From positions 128,001 to 192,000 of the IMG/VR virus record IMGVR_UViG_3300032334_001433: a DNA stretch of 64,000 nt. One strand, 5' to 3'. Both the position numbers and the translations under genes were made by a program. Of the stretch, positions 1 through 10,996 are shown piece by piece; positions within the stretch are counted from its first letter, which is position 1, and each line of letters begins with the position of its first letter. The notes beneath the pieces are model-generated. The model was given only the letters and a program-made list of their open reading frames with translations. It was not told the origin of the DNA and ran no database searches. This DNA is from a virus (taxonomy: Duplodnaviria; Caudoviricetes).

Positions 1-2
1 AA

Positions 3-203
3 GACAAATTTTATTCTTTATCAACATATGCATATGATAAGTATTTTTTGGTTGTTTCGGATGATCTAGTTATTGAAGATGGAGAAATGGTAGTGACCAG
101 CGATACATCGAAAAAAGATCTTATGAAGGCTTTTATTAAGAATCGTAAATCTAAATTGATGAATCGGATACTTTTGAACAAATTTATTGAAGAAATCGCT
201 TGA
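3..203 (+). CDS. 3' end of a gene truncated by the window edge; probably the CobT/vWA-like partner of the CobS-like ATPase
   Basis: Open frame DKFYSLSTYAYDKYFLVV...NRILLNKFIEEIA* translated by hand; its position upstream of cobS matches the usual arrangement in T4-like phages. Confidence 0.5.
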   Translation, partial: DKFYSLSTYAYDKYFLVVSDDLVIEDGEMVVTSDTSKKDLMKAFIKNRKSKLMNRILLNKFIEEIA

Positions 204-228
204 CACGATCTTCAAAAGATGTTATAAT
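200..228 (+). promoter_or_regulatory. sigma70-type early promoter
   Basis: TTGACA-17 nt-TATAAT. Confidence 0.85.
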
Positions 229-262
229 TATTTTGTGAAATCCCCATCCCTAGGACTATATT

Positions 263-1459
263 ATGAAAACCGATATTGATAAAAAACAACTTATTACAGA
301 TCTAGTAACTAATTTTGGTAAGACGGCATCGCGAAAAGCTGTCATTGCTTATCTTGAACAAAAAGGAATTAAAACTCCTTTTTGGTTAATTAATGGTGCT
401 AAATACCGAGCAAGTCGCGGTGTATTAAATCTAGATGTATCAGATAACGATATCCCTAAAACTACTACAAATACGAATATTATGAAAGAAGAAATGCCCG
501 CATTGCATGCACAAGTTGTTCCCCTTCGGCAAAAGCGCTTGGTTACAGAAGTGGAAAATCTAGTACCTATTAAAGATGACAATTATGTTCCTTTCGGATT
601 TTTCCGAGATCTAGAATCCATCCTTAAATCTAAAGTGTTTTATCCTGTTTTCATTACTGGTCTAACTGGTAATGGTAAAACAACTATGGTTGAACAAGTT
701 TGTTCTAAACTAAAACGAGAGTGTGTCCGGGTTAATGTTTCTATTGAAACAGATGAGGATGATCTTGTTGGTGGATCTACATTGATTGACGGTAACGTAA
801 CTTTCCGTGAAGGTCCAGTTATTCTCGCAATGCGACGTGGAGCAGTTTTGCTAATTGACGAAATTGATCGTGGTAGTAATAAACTAATGTGTATTCAAGG
901 TATTCTTGAAGGCAAACCATATTTCAATAAAAAGAATGGCGACGTAATTTATCCCGCACCCGGTTTTACAGTTGTTGCCACAGCAAACACTAAAGGTCAA
1001 GGCTCTGATAGCGGCAAGTATATTGCAGCTCAAATTCTTGATGAGGCATTCCTTGAGCGTTTTCCTATTACTGTTGAACAAGAATATCCTAATGCTAAAA
1101 TTGAGCATAAGATTGTTATCAACAACATGAAAGAATTGGGATGCGAAGATGTCGAATTTGCAGACAAATTAGTTACTTGGGCAGAAGTTATTCGTAAGAC
1201 ATATCTTGAAGATGCGATTGATGAACTGATTTCTACTCGACGTCTTGTTCACATTGTAAAAGCATTCTCAATGTTTAAAGATCGTCAAAAGGCAATTGAG
1301 CTTTGTATCAATCGCTTTGATGGAGACACGAAGAATTCTTTTATGGATCTCTATAAGAAAATGGAAGCTCCTAAGGAAGAAGAAAAAGTATACGATCAAA
1401 AAATTGATACTCCAACTAGTTCGGCTCCAACCCCTCCCGATGATGAAATTCCATTCTAA
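263..1459 (+). CDS. cobS: CobS/MoxR-like AAA+ ATPase
   Basis: Walker A GLTGNGKT, Walker B LLIDEID, ATAN..G and LDEAFLERF motifs. Confidence 0.85.
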   Translation: MKTDIDKKQLITDLVTNFGKTASRKAVIAYLEQKGIKTPFWLINGAKYRASRGVLNLDVSDNDIPKTTTNTNIMKEEMPALHAQVVPLRQKRLVTEVENLVPIKDDNYVPFGFFRDLESILKSKVFYPVFITGLTGNGKTTMVEQVCSKLKRECVRVNVSIETDEDDLVGGSTLIDGNVTFREGPVILAMRRGAVLLIDEIDRGSNKLMCIQGILEGKPYFNKKNGDVIYPAPGFTVVATANTKGQGSDSGKYIAAQILDEAFLERFPITVEQEYPNAKIEHKIVINNMKELGCEDVEFADKLVTWAEVIRKTYLEDAIDELISTRRLVHIVKAFSMFKDRQKAIELCINRFDGDTKNSFMDLYKKMEAPKEEEKVYDQKIDTPTSSAPTPPDDEIPF

Positions 1460-1476
1460 GAATTTTTAATTTAACC

Positions 1477-1500
1477 AAAGGGCGCTTATGCGCCCTTTTA
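1477..1500 (+). terminator. Intrinsic terminator
   Basis: AAAGGGCGC-TTAT-GCGCCCTTT hairpin followed by a T run. Confidence 0.75.
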
Positions 1501-1513
1501 CCTATTTTAGACT

Positions 1514-1521
1514 TATAAATA
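1514..1521 (+). promoter_or_regulatory. T4-type late promoter upstream of the sugar cluster
   Basis: TATAAATA 35 nt upstream of gmd. Confidence 0.75.
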
Positions 1522-1555
1522 TTTAAGTCGTTATTAATTCATTATAAGGTTTGAA

Positions 1556-2566
1556 ATGAAAAAAGCATTGATTACAGGAATCACAGGACAAGATGGTTCC
1601 TATCTAGCAGAACTTCTATTGGAAAAAGGATACGAAGTTCATGGTATTATTAGACGTAGTTCTTCGATTAATACTTCTAGAATTGACCATATATTCAATC
1701 ATCCAAATTTAGAATTACATTATGGAGATGTAACTGATTCATTGTCATTAATGAATGTTCTAAAAAAACATTCTCCAGATGAAATCTATAATTTAGCTGC
1801 CCAAAGTCATGTTAAAGTTTCTTTTGAAACTCCTGAATACACAGGTATGGTTGATGCAATGGGTACGTTAAAAATATTGGAATCTGTAAGATTGCTTAAT
1901 CTAGATAAAAAGACAAAAATTTATCAAGCATCTACTTCTGAACTATTTGGATTGGTTCAAGAAATCCCACAAAAAGAAACAACCCCGTTCTATCCTAGGT
2001 CCCCATACGGCGTTGCAAAAATGTATGCTTATTGGATTGTAAAAAATTACAGAGAGTCGTATAATATGTTTGCTTGCTCGGGCATACTATTTAATCACGA
2101 ATCTCCTCGCCGAGGACATAATTTTGTAACTAAGAAAATTGTAAATGCTTTAAAGGCAATTAGTGAAGGTAAACAAGAGTGTTTGTATCTTGGCAATCTA
2201 AATGCTATGCGAGATTGGGGACATGCTAAAGATTATGTCAACGCAATGTGGATGATGTTGCAACAGGATACACCGGAAGATTATGTTATTGCAACTGGAG
2301 AACAATTCTCAGTAAGAGAATTTGTTGAACATTGTGCCCCATATTTTGGTTTAAAAATTCGTTGGGAAGGTGACGGAGTTAATGAAGTTGGCATTAATAA
2401 AGTATCTAAAAAAGTAATAATCCGAGTAGATAAAAAATATTTCCGACCAGCAGAAGTTGAAACATTATTAGGTGATGCATCGAAGGCAAGAATACAATTA
2501 GGATGGAAACCTACGCAATCATTTGATGATTTGGTTGAAGATATGTGTATGAATTTTGATGAATAA
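1556..2566 (+). CDS. gmd: GDP-mannose 4,6-dehydratase
   Basis: [46 protein letters not shown]. Confidence 0.97.
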   Translation: MKKALITGITGQDGSYLAELLLEKGYEVHGIIRRSSSINTSRIDHIFNHPNLELHYGDVTDSLSLMNVLKKHSPDEIYNLAAQSHVKVSFETPEYTGMVDAMGTLKILESVRLLNLDKKTKIYQASTSELFGLVQEIPQKETTPFYPRSPYGVAKMYAYWIVKNYRESYNMFACSGILFNHESPRRGHNFVTKKIVNALKAISEGKQECLYLGNLNAMRDWGHAKDYVNAMWMMLQQDTPEDYVIATGEQFSVREFVEHCAPYFGLKIRWEGDGVNEVGINKVSKKVIIRVDKKYFRPAEVETLLGDASKARIQLGWKPTQSFDDLVEDMCMNFDE

Positions 2567-2575
2567 GAAAGTTAT

Positions 2576-3445
2576 ATGAATAAAAAATTAAGTATAGGGT
2601 TTACTGATACCCATCCGCATCTAGCAACATTCTTTATGGACTTATTGTCTACACGGTATGATGTAGAAATTAACAATGATAATCCTGATTTTTTGTTATT
2701 TGGTGATAGAAATTTTGGTGAGAATAATTTAAAATATTCTAAAGATGTTGTTAAGATTTTCTATACAGGAGAAAATCAAAGACCAGAAGATTATGATTGT
2801 AACTATGCAATAAGTTTTGATCATAACTTTGAACCTTGGCATTATAGATTGCCTTTATATGTTGTCTATATGTGGGCATTAGAACATATACACAAAACAA
2901 AGTATGATTTTAACTATATCTTTAATCCCGAAATTAAAGAGAAAACCGACTTCTGTTCTTTTGTTGTAAGTAATCCTAATTGCCAAGAACGTAACAATTT
3001 CTTTAAAATGTTACACAAAGAAAAGCACGTTGATAGTGCAGGCAAACTATACAAAAATATAGATGTCAATTTGGAAGGCGAAGCTGCTAAAATTGAATTT
3101 TTATCTACACGAAAATTTAATATTTGTTTTGAACCATATTCTCATCCAGGATATGTTACCGAAAAAATACTACACGCATTCTATGCAGGAACAATTCCAA
3201 TATACTGGGGAAGTGAAACAATCAGTTCAGATTTTAATCCAAACGCATTTATTGATGTAAATGATTTTAGTAGTTATGAAGAAGCAATTAAATTTATTAT
3301 GTACTTGGATAGTAACGATGAGTTGTACAATATAATGCTTAATGCGCCAAAATTTAAAAACGGAATTCCTCCGTCATACATCATGCTTGATAATTTCTTA
3401 AATTGGTTTGATGCGGTAGTTTATAATAAAATTTTACAACGATGA
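2576..3445 (+). CDS. GT10 (alpha-1,3-fucosyltransferase-like) glycosyltransferase
   Basis: GT10 motif KFNICFEPYSHPGYVTEKILHAFYAGTIPIYWG. Confidence 0.85.
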   Translation: MNKKLSIGFTDTHPHLATFFMDLLSTRYDVEINNDNPDFLLFGDRNFGENNLKYSKDVVKIFYTGENQRPEDYDCNYAISFDHNFEPWHYRLPLYVVYMWALEHIHKTKYDFNYIFNPEIKEKTDFCSFVVSNPNCQERNNFFKMLHKEKHVDSAGKLYKNIDVNLEGEAAKIEFLSTRKFNICFEPYSHPGYVTEKILHAFYAGTIPIYWGSETISSDFNPNAFIDVNDFSSYEEAIKFIMYLDSNDELYNIMLNAPKFKNGIPPSYIMLDNFLNWFDAVVYNKILQR

Positions 3446-4155
3446 ATATACAGACATTTATTTTCAATTGGCGCGGACAATATGAAAAGACAAAAGAAAA
3501 GCAAAAGCAACTGAGTGCCATTGGGGTCGTGCCTGTCGTTATTAATAGTGACGACAATCACCGTGAGGACGATCCTAATTGGCACAACATTGGCGAGGAA
3601 AGTTATTTCACTGCACAGTTCTTAAAAGCATTGGAATTATTTACTGGCGATGTAATGTTTCACATACAAGCGGATGCATCATATAGTAATTGGGCAGAAA
3701 TTTATCAAGGAGCAAGAGATTGCTTTGATACTTACAATTGGGGAATTTATGCACCAAATGTGGATTATACATTTTATAATTCTGCAAGAACTGATCTTAC
3801 AAGTTTTGATTTAGATGAACCTAATTTAAAAATGGTTGCAAATACAGATTGTACTTGTTGGTTTATTCATAAAGATATTCTTGAAGATGCAAAAAATAGA
3901 AATATAAATTTTGCGCCATATAAAATGGGTTGGAGTTTTGATATAATTTTTACCGCAATTAGTTATATTAATAAACGACCAGTCATTCGAGATTATTCAT
4001 TTACTATTGACCATCCGCAAGGAACCAATTATAATAAAGATCAGGCCGAGATTGAGATGGTTCAACTATATCAATCACTTACACCCGATGTACAAGAAGC
4101 ATTTAGATATATTAAAGGCGATAAAGAAAAATTAGCGCAATACTATGCAAATTGA
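3442..4155 (+). CDS. Hypothetical protein, probable glycosyltransferase
   Basis: Cluster context; GT-A-like layout with IQAD. Confidence 0.5.
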   Translation: MNIQTFIFNWRGQYEKTKEKQKQLSAIGVVPVVINSDDNHREDDPNWHNIGEESYFTAQFLKALELFTGDVMFHIQADASYSNWAEIYQGARDCFDTYNWGIYAPNVDYTFYNSARTDLTSFDLDEPNLKMVANTDCTCWFIHKDILEDAKNRNINFAPYKMGWSFDIIFTAISYINKRPVIRDYSFTIDHPQGTNYNKDQAEIEMVQLYQSLTPDVQEAFRYIKGDKEKLAQYYAN

Positions 4156-5047
4156 TTATTATAAAATAAATGATCTATTAATAGAAAAACTGGACAACAA
4201 TGTTCCGTTTTCTTTGTTAAGAATAGACAATACTGCAGGGTATGTTCTTGATTGCATCTCTCGTGGAATTATTCCCGATAGACAACATTACAATGAATAT
4301 ACTTTAGTTGAAGGCGGTGTGCCTGACAATATGGATTACGTATTTAAAAAGTTATGGCCAGATACTTTAAGCGTAATGAAAGAGTGTGATATTTTAGGAT
4401 TTGTTGATGTGTCGGGGGATATTAAACGATCAAACTTTATAAAGCAATTTGAGGATAAGCCAACATTCTTTCATAAAGATACTGCAGTATTAGATCCCGG
4501 AGGATTATTAGGATATTATTCTGAGTATAATAAACTATCTGTACCTTGGACACAGCATCTAAAAGGTAAAAAAGTTCTTGTAGTATCAACGCACGCAGAA
4601 TCTATAAAATATCAATGGAATCACCTTGATAGGATTTGGGGCAAAGACAAAGAAAAAATTGTACCCTTTGAATTAGTAGATTGTATTAAAACACCATATC
4701 ATCCTCTTGCAGATGATAGACAAATTCCTGGCTGTGATACATTCCATAGCATAGTTGAGCATACAAAGAAATTAATTGATAGTTATGACTATGATGTTTT
4801 GCTAACAGGCGTAACAACTCAATCTCCGTTTTATGCTGAGCATGCTAAGCAACAAGGTAAAGTAGGAATACAGACAGGCGGAACAATACAATTATTTTTT
4901 GGTATTGTTGGATCACGTTGGCTAAAATCGCCTTCGTATAAAGAATGGATTCCTATGTTTAATGAATATTGGATATACCCATTGGATGAGGATAAAGCAC
5001 AAAGAGTGGTTCATCCTAACTTAGAAACTAATTACGCATATTGGTAA
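4145..5047 (+). CDS. Hypothetical protein, possible GT-D-fold glycosyltransferase
   Basis: Cluster context; C-terminal GIQTGGTIQLFFGIVGSRW motif. Confidence 0.45.
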   Translation: MQIDYYKINDLLIEKLDNNVPFSLLRIDNTAGYVLDCISRGIIPDRQHYNEYTLVEGGVPDNMDYVFKKLWPDTLSVMKECDILGFVDVSGDIKRSNFIKQFEDKPTFFHKDTAVLDPGGLLGYYSEYNKLSVPWTQHLKGKKVLVVSTHAESIKYQWNHLDRIWGKDKEKIVPFELVDCIKTPYHPLADDRQIPGCDTFHSIVEHTKKLIDSYDYDVLLTGVTTQSPFYAEHAKQQGKVGIQTGGTIQLFFGIVGSRWLKSPSYKEWIPMFNEYWIYPLDEDKAQRVVHPNLETNYAYW

Positions 5048-5050
5048 ATT

Positions 5051-6373
5051 ATGAATAAAGATGATATTTTAATTGGCATTGCAGAATTTGTCAGAAATAA
5101 ACGCAATGAAGAAATTTGGATTCCCGGTAAAGATTTTGTTAAGTATGCAGGTCCGTTTTTTGACGAACATGAAATACTTGCAGCAGTAAGTACCTTATTA
5201 AATGGTTGGCTTGTTATGGGCGACCAGTCTGTAAAATTTGAAAAAGAATTCCCAAAACAATTTGGAAAGAATCATGGAATTTTAACAAATTCTGGATCTA
5301 GTTCTAACTTGTTAATGATGTCTACTCTTACATCTAAGCGTGGATATAATTTGCCAAAGGGAACAAAGGTATTGATGCCTATTGCAGGATTTCCTACAAC
5401 ATTAAATCCCACCTTACAACTTGGATTTGAGCCTGTATTTTTAGACATTGAATTAGATACATTAAATCTTGATCTAACAAGAGCAGAAGAACTAATTAAA
5501 AAACATAATATCAGAGTAATTACATTTGCTCATGTATTAGGTAATCCACCTAATATGGATTGGGTGATGGAATTAGTTAAACGGTATGATATGATTCTTT
5601 TGGAAGATTGCTGCGATGCTTTAGGATCTACATATGACGGAAATCCATTAGGATCTTATGGTGAGATGGCATCTTGTTCATTCTATCCTGCCCACCACAT
5701 GACAATGGGCGAAGGTGGGTTTGTTGCCTGCAAGACATATGAAACAGAAGTCATTGCTAGATCATTTAGAGAATGGGGTCGCGGATGTTATTGTGTTGGA
5801 CCTGAAGCAAATAAATTAAAATGCGGTTCTTGTGGCATACGGTTTAAAGAATGGATTCCTGAGATGCCGGGAGAAATTTTTGACCACAAATATGTATACG
5901 ATGAAATCGGTTACAATTTAAAACCAATTGAATTGCAAGGTGCAATGGGGTTAGTTCAATTGGACAAGTTAGAAACAATACACGAGTTGCGAAAACGCAA
6001 TTATAATTTATTGTTTGATATCTATAGTAAGTATGAAGAATATTTCCACTTGCCAAGAGCCCAGGCAAAGAGCGATCCTAGTTGGTTTGCATTTCCGCTA
6101 ACAATTCGCAAGGGTGTTCCTTTTACTCGTAGCGATATTGTGGATTATCTTGAAGAACATCTAATTCAGACACGGCCGTATTTTGCTGGTAATATTATGC
6201 TTCAACCTGCATATAGTCATCTAATGAATCCTGCAGATGCAAGAGATAATTTTCCAATTGCTACAATGACAATGACTAATACTTATTTCCATGGAACAAG
6301 CCCAGTAATTACTCCTGAACAAATTTCATATATAGGTAAAGTAGTTGATGGTTTTATGAGTTTATTTGTATGA
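5051..6373 (+). CDS. rfbH: RfbH/DdhC-like PLP-dependent NDP-4-keto-6-deoxyglucose 3-dehydrase
   Basis: DegT/DnrJ fold; SFYPAHHMTMGEGG with His in place of the catalytic Lys; WGRGCYC; DHKYVY. Confidence 0.9.
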   Translation: MNKDDILIGIAEFVRNKRNEEIWIPGKDFVKYAGPFFDEHEILAAVSTLLNGWLVMGDQSVKFEKEFPKQFGKNHGILTNSGSSSNLLMMSTLTSKRGYNLPKGTKVLMPIAGFPTTLNPTLQLGFEPVFLDIELDTLNLDLTRAEELIKKHNIRVITFAHVLGNPPNMDWVMELVKRYDMILLEDCCDALGSTYDGNPLGSYGEMASCSFYPAHHMTMGEGGFVACKTYETEVIARSFREWGRGCYCVGPEANKLKCGSCGIRFKEWIPEMPGEIFDHKYVYDEIGYNLKPIELQGAMGLVQLDKLETIHELRKRNYNLLFDIYSKYEEYFHLPRAQAKSDPSWFAFPLTIRKGVPFTRSDIVDYLEEHLIQTRPYFAGNIMLQPAYSHLMNPADARDNFPIATMTMTNTYFHGTSPVITPEQISYIGKVVDGFMSLFV

Positions 6374-7539
6374 AAAATTTAAGCAAAGTCGCCTCAAATA
6401 TTGATGGACAGCCAATGTTCAAATATTTGGATAAGGCAAAAAAATTAGAAGCCGATGGAAAATCTATGATCCATATGGAAATAGGTGACCCTGATTTTAA
6501 CACTCCGGATAATATAATTAATGCCGCAATAAATTCATTACAGAATGGCGGCACACATTATTGCAGTAGTTTTGGATTGCCTGATTTTAGACAAACTATT
6601 GTAGATGCTACTAAACGAAGTAGAGGGTTTGCTCCTGATCTAGATCAAGTATTAGTTACACCTGGTGCAAATATAGGAATGTTCTATGCAATTTATTGTT
6701 TAGTTGATCCCGGATATGAAGTGATTGTTCCTGATCCTGGATTTGCAACATATTACAGCACAATTAAAATGTGTGGTGCAATTCCAGTAAGAGTTCCTTT
6801 AAAGGAAGAAAATAAATTTAGAATGAATCCGGAGGATGTTGCAAATGCAATTACAGATAAAACTAGATTAATTATTATAAACAGCCCGCACAACCCAACC
6901 GGTAGTGTAATGACTCCTGAAGAAATTAAAGCAATATATGACTTAGCAAAAGAAAAAGACATATATCTTTATAGCGATGAAATTTATAGTAGAATGAACT
7001 ATAGTACATTTAGTAGTCCAGGAATATACGATCATTGTAAAGAACACGTTATTGTGAGCAATGGTTTTAGTAAGGCATTTGCAATGACTGGATGGCGATT
7101 AGGTACTATGATTGGTCCCAGTGTTGTTATTGAAAGAATGGCTGCATTACTACAAACAACAAGTAGTTGCGTTAGCCCATTTATACAAGCAGCAGGAAAA
7201 GAAGCTATTGACGGCCCGCAAGATTCTGTTTATAATATGATGGAAGAATATAAATCAAGGCGAGATTTATTGGTGGATGGTCTAAATAAAATTCCAGGAT
7301 TTGATTGTTTGACTCCAGGTGGCGCATTTTACGTATTTCCAAATATTACAAAAACAGGATTAACTTCTGAAGAAGTATGCAACGCATTACTTGATGCAGG
7401 AGTAGTAACATTACCTGGAGATTGTTTTGGTGAATATGGTAAAGGATATCTACGTCTTTGTTATGCTACTAGTAAAAACGATATAAATGAAGCATTGAAA
7501 CGTATTAATGATTGGGCAACAAATCATGCGAGTTTGTGA
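6370..7539 (+). CDS. Class I/II PLP aminotransferase (aspartate aminotransferase-like)
   Basis: INSPHNPTG, SDEIY, GFSKAFAMTGWRLG. Confidence 0.9.
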   Translation: MKNLSKVASNIDGQPMFKYLDKAKKLEADGKSMIHMEIGDPDFNTPDNIINAAINSLQNGGTHYCSSFGLPDFRQTIVDATKRSRGFAPDLDQVLVTPGANIGMFYAIYCLVDPGYEVIVPDPGFATYYSTIKMCGAIPVRVPLKEENKFRMNPEDVANAITDKTRLIIINSPHNPTGSVMTPEEIKAIYDLAKEKDIYLYSDEIYSRMNYSTFSSPGIYDHCKEHVIVSNGFSKAFAMTGWRLGTMIGPSVVIERMAALLQTTSSCVSPFIQAAGKEAIDGPQDSVYNMMEEYKSRRDLLVDGLNKIPGFDCLTPGGAFYVFPNITKTGLTSEEVCNALLDAGVVTLPGDCFGEYGKGYLRLCYATSKNDINEALKRINDWATNHASL

Positions 7540-8536
7540 TTGGATAGCAGAATACTTATACAGTATAGGTGTATCTAGAATACATGGATTAATGGGTGGC
7601 GGAGCCAGCGGTCTTAATGATGGTTTTATTAAACATGGAAAAATAAGTTATATTTGTTATCATCATGAACAAGGGGCAGGCCATTCTGCAATAGGTGAAA
7701 GCAAATTTACAGGAAAACTATCTGTAGTAAATCCTACTACTGGATGTGCAGGAACAAATTGTGCAACTAGTGTTTTAAATGCTTGGCAAGACTCTGTTCC
7801 TGTATTATTCATAAGCGGCAATGTCCGTTTGGATACTTGTAGTTCTTGGATAAACCAGCAAAAGAATATTAATATTCGTAAGTATGGTATACAAGAACAT
7901 AATGTTATTGACACGTTTAAATCAATGACAAAAATTGCAACATTTATTACTAGCGTTGAAGATGTTGCTTATCGAATACAAGAAGCAATTCATATTGCTA
8001 CAAGTGGCAGGCCAGGCCCCGTATGGATAGATATTCCTAGTAATATTCAAACTGCAGAAATGCCGGAAAAATATACTAGTTATGTTCCATTAAGTTTAAA
8101 CAAACCAATGTCTGATTTTTCGGAAATTAAACAAAGAATTAATAATGCAGAAAGACCAGTTGTTCTTGCAGGATATGGAATAAGACAAAGTAATACTATA
8201 GAACAATTTGTCAATTTTATTGAGAAATATCAAGTGCCGTATGTAAGTACATATGGTGCAAGAGATTATACTGCAGATAGTCATCCTTTAAGTATTGGTG
8301 CAGTTGGAATTAAAGGTTCAAGAGCAGGAAATTTTGCAATGCAAAATGCTGATCTATTATTAATACTTGGAAGTAGTTTAAATAGCAGCGTTATAGGATA
8401 TGATCCAAAACAATTTAGTCCTATTAGTTATAAGATTGCAATAGATTTAGATATCAATGAATTGAAAAAAGATATTGTTCATATTGATTCTAAATATAAT
8501 GTTAATCTAGAAAAATTTTTTAGAGGTATGTTATGA
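7526..8536 (+). CDS. ThDP-dependent enzyme (acetolactate synthase/YerE-like), N-terminal and middle domains
   Basis: HHEQGAGH, TTGCAGTN, SGRPGPVWIDIP. Confidence 0.85.
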   Translation: MRVCDWIAEYLYSIGVSRIHGLMGGGASGLNDGFIKHGKISYICYHHEQGAGHSAIGESKFTGKLSVVNPTTGCAGTNCATSVLNAWQDSVPVLFISGNVRLDTCSSWINQQKNINIRKYGIQEHNVIDTFKSMTKIATFITSVEDVAYRIQEAIHIATSGRPGPVWIDIPSNIQTAEMPEKYTSYVPLSLNKPMSDFSEIKQRINNAERPVVLAGYGIRQSNTIEQFVNFIEKYQVPYVSTYGARDYTADSHPLSIGAVGIKGSRAGNFAMQNADLLLILGSSLNSSVIGYDPKQFSPISYKIAIDLDINELKKDIVHIDSKYNVNLEKFFRGML

Positions 8537-9273
8537 CACGGCAAGAATGGATTGAAAAATGTAATCATTGGAAAAACATTTGGCCGGTAATGCAACCAGA
8601 ATATGCTGCAAATAATAATGATTACGAATTAAATATTTACGCAGTATTAGATGCAATAAACAAATATAGTAAAGCATCTGATATTATTATGGGAGATGCT
8701 GGCAGTATTAGTTATGCTGGCCCAGTAGCATTAAATGCTAAGGAAGGGCAACGATTTATTTTTAGTCCAGCTCAAGCTGATATGGGGTGGGCAGTACCTG
8801 CTGCAATAGGTGTTGCTATGGCAAGCAAACAACAAGTTATTGCAATAACCGGCGATGGTAGTTTTATGAGCAATCTGCAGGAACTTGCTGTAATTAAACA
8901 GCATAACTTAAACATAAAAATTGTTGTACTAAATAATAACGGATATCTAAGTATTAAAAATACTCAATCTAAATATTTTGAAGGCAGGGTGTTTGGAACA
9001 AGTTCTGAAACTGGTTTATGGTTTCCATCTTTTAAAAATGTAGCAACTGCATTTGATATGCATTATCAAGATGTTAGATTAGAAACACAATTAAATGATT
9101 TAAATTATACTTTATCTCTTGTTGGCCCTGCTATTATAGATTGTAAGTGTTTAGAAGACCAAGAAATTTTGCCAGCGCAGGCATTAAAAAATGGAAAACA
9201 GGCTGGATTGCATGATATGCATCCATTCTTATCAGATGACGAACTTAAAAAAGAAATGATTGTTAATATATGA
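8533..9273 (+). CDS. ThDP-dependent enzyme, C-terminal ThDP-binding domain encoded as a separate gene
   Basis: GDGSF...VLNNNGYLSIKNTQ ThDP motif; ATGA overlap with the preceding gene. Confidence 0.85.
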   Translation: MTRQEWIEKCNHWKNIWPVMQPEYAANNNDYELNIYAVLDAINKYSKASDIIMGDAGSISYAGPVALNAKEGQRFIFSPAQADMGWAVPAAIGVAMASKQQVIAITGDGSFMSNLQELAVIKQHNLNIKIVVLNNNGYLSIKNTQSKYFEGRVFGTSSETGLWFPSFKNVATAFDMHYQDVRLETQLNDLNYTLSLVGPAIIDCKCLEDQEILPAQALKNGKQAGLHDMHPFLSDDELKKEMIVNI

Positions 9274-10049
9274 GAATTATAATTATCGGCGCTGGTGGAT
9301 TTATTGGATCCTATCTAACTAAAGAATTGACTTCTGAACATCAAGTTCTTCCTATCTATAAAGATCAGGTAGATTTATTTGACAATGAAACTGTAAAGAA
9401 TTTGTTAACTGCGGTTCAAGCAGATGTTGTTATAAATTGTTTAACATTTGGTGGAAAAGAAAATCTACAAAACAAAGATGCATACGATGTAGCAAGAAAT
9501 TTATCGTTGTTTTATAATTTTCATTCTAACTCAAATTTATTTAAAAATTATATTAATATCGCCTCTGGAATAGAAGGCACAGATGCAAATAATGCATACA
9601 CCTTTTCTAAAAAAGCAATTTATAGTTTTGTTAAAGAGGATCCAAAATATATTAATTTGAGATTGTTTGGATGTTTTGGAAACACAGAAAATGAAACTCG
9701 TTTACTAAAAAGATTTCTTGCATCTACCGAAACTTTTAAAATTATAGATGACCGAAAATTTGACTACATCTCAATACAAGATTTTTATAATATAATTAAA
9801 TTTACCTTATCAAATCTAGACACAATAACATCATTGTATAATACAATAGATTGCGTATATTCCGAAAAAATAAAGCTTAGTCAATTCTTAGATTATTTTT
9901 GTGATATAAATAATTTAGAGAAAAATTTTATTGTAGAATCAATCGGTAATAACGATTATACTGGAAATTCTACTGCTTTAGATAATTTAAAAAAGCACCA
10001 TGCTCTTCGTTTATATGGCTTAGCGCATGGATTGAAAGTATATGTATGA
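9270..10049 (+). CDS. NAD-dependent epimerase/dehydratase/reductase
   Basis: GAGGFIG Rossmann motif; YxxxK (YTFSK). Confidence 0.8.
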   Translation: MRIIIIGAGGFIGSYLTKELTSEHQVLPIYKDQVDLFDNETVKNLLTAVQADVVINCLTFGGKENLQNKDAYDVARNLSLFYNFHSNSNLFKNYINIASGIEGTDANNAYTFSKKAIYSFVKEDPKYINLRLFGCFGNTENETRLLKRFLASTETFKIIDDRKFDYISIQDFYNIIKFTLSNLDTITSLYNTIDCVYSEKIKLSQFLDYFCDINNLEKNFIVESIGNNDYTGNSTALDNLKKHHALRLYGLAHGLKVYV

Positions 10050-10996
10050 CAAAAATTGTTTATGTGACAGGTTGTTTAGGATTCATGGGTTACCATGTTA
10101 CTAAAAAATGTTTAGATGCTGGATATTATGTTTTTGGTATTGATAAAAAAACGTACGCAAGCAATTTACATTTTTTGCAACTGCTGTTAGATTATCCAAA
10201 ATTTAAATTTTTAAAATCAGATATCAATGATCTAGAAAAAATTTATGATTGCGACTATATCATTAACATGGCTGCAGAAACACACGTTGACAATAGTATT
10301 GTTAGTTCGGATGTTTTCCTTAGAAGCAATGTTAATGGAGTCCATAAATTACTTGAACTAATAAAAGCAATCCCAAAAGCAAGACGCCCCACATTACTTC
10401 ATTTTAGTACAGATGAAGTATATGGAGATATTGTAGATGGATTTCATACCGAAACAGATTTATTAAAACCAAGCAATCCATATTCTGCAACAAAGGCAGC
10501 TGCGGATATGTTAGTACTTGCTTGGGCCAGAACATATGAAGTTCCATATGTTATACTTAGACCTACTAATAATTATGGTATTGGTCAGTATGTAGAAAAA
10601 TTTATACCTAAAGCAATTAAGCATTTGACTCTAGGTAGAAAAATTATTATGCATGATGCTGGTATGCCAAGAAGAACTTGGCTCCATGTATCTGATACTG
10701 CATCTGCGGTTATTGCAATAATTGAATCTGAGACAAAAAACGAAATCTATAACATATCTGGAAACTATGAAGAACAAAATATAGTTATTGCCAAAAAAAT
10801 TATAGATAGATTTCACTTATGTACCGAAGAAGCCTATAGTGATTTTATGGATTTATCTGAAAAACGACAAGGCCAAGATGTTAGATATGCAATAGATGAT
10901 TCTAAATTAAAATCACTTGGATGGAATCCAAAGGCAAATTTTGATAATGAATTGGAAATTATGGTAGATTATTATAAAGAGAATTTTGTATGGTAA
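10046..10996 (+). CDS. rfbB: dTDP-glucose 4,6-dehydratase-like
   Basis: AAETHVDNSI, HFSTDEVYG, PSNPYSATKA, GQDVRYAID. Confidence 0.9.
   Translation: MTKIVYVTGCLGFMGYHVTKKCLDAGYYVFGIDKKTYASNLHFLQLLLDYPKFKFLKSDINDLEKIYDCDYIINMAAETHVDNSIVSSDVFLRSNVNGVHKLLELIKAIPKARRPTLLHFSTDEVYGDIVDGFHTETDLLKPSNPYSATKAAADMLVLAWARTYEVPYVILRPTNNYGIGQYVEKFIPKAIKHLTLGRKIIMHDAGMPRRTWLHVSDTASAVIAIIESETKNEIYNISGNYEEQNIVIAKKIIDRFHLCTEEAYSDFMDLSEKRQGQDVRYAIDDSKLKSLGWNPKANFDNELEIMVDYYKENFVW

Noticed and set aside
263-1459. cobS as a true cobalamin-synthesis auxiliary metabolic gene
   Set aside because: This is the MoxR-type AAA ATPase common in T4-like phages, and no other cobalamin genes are present; not novel.
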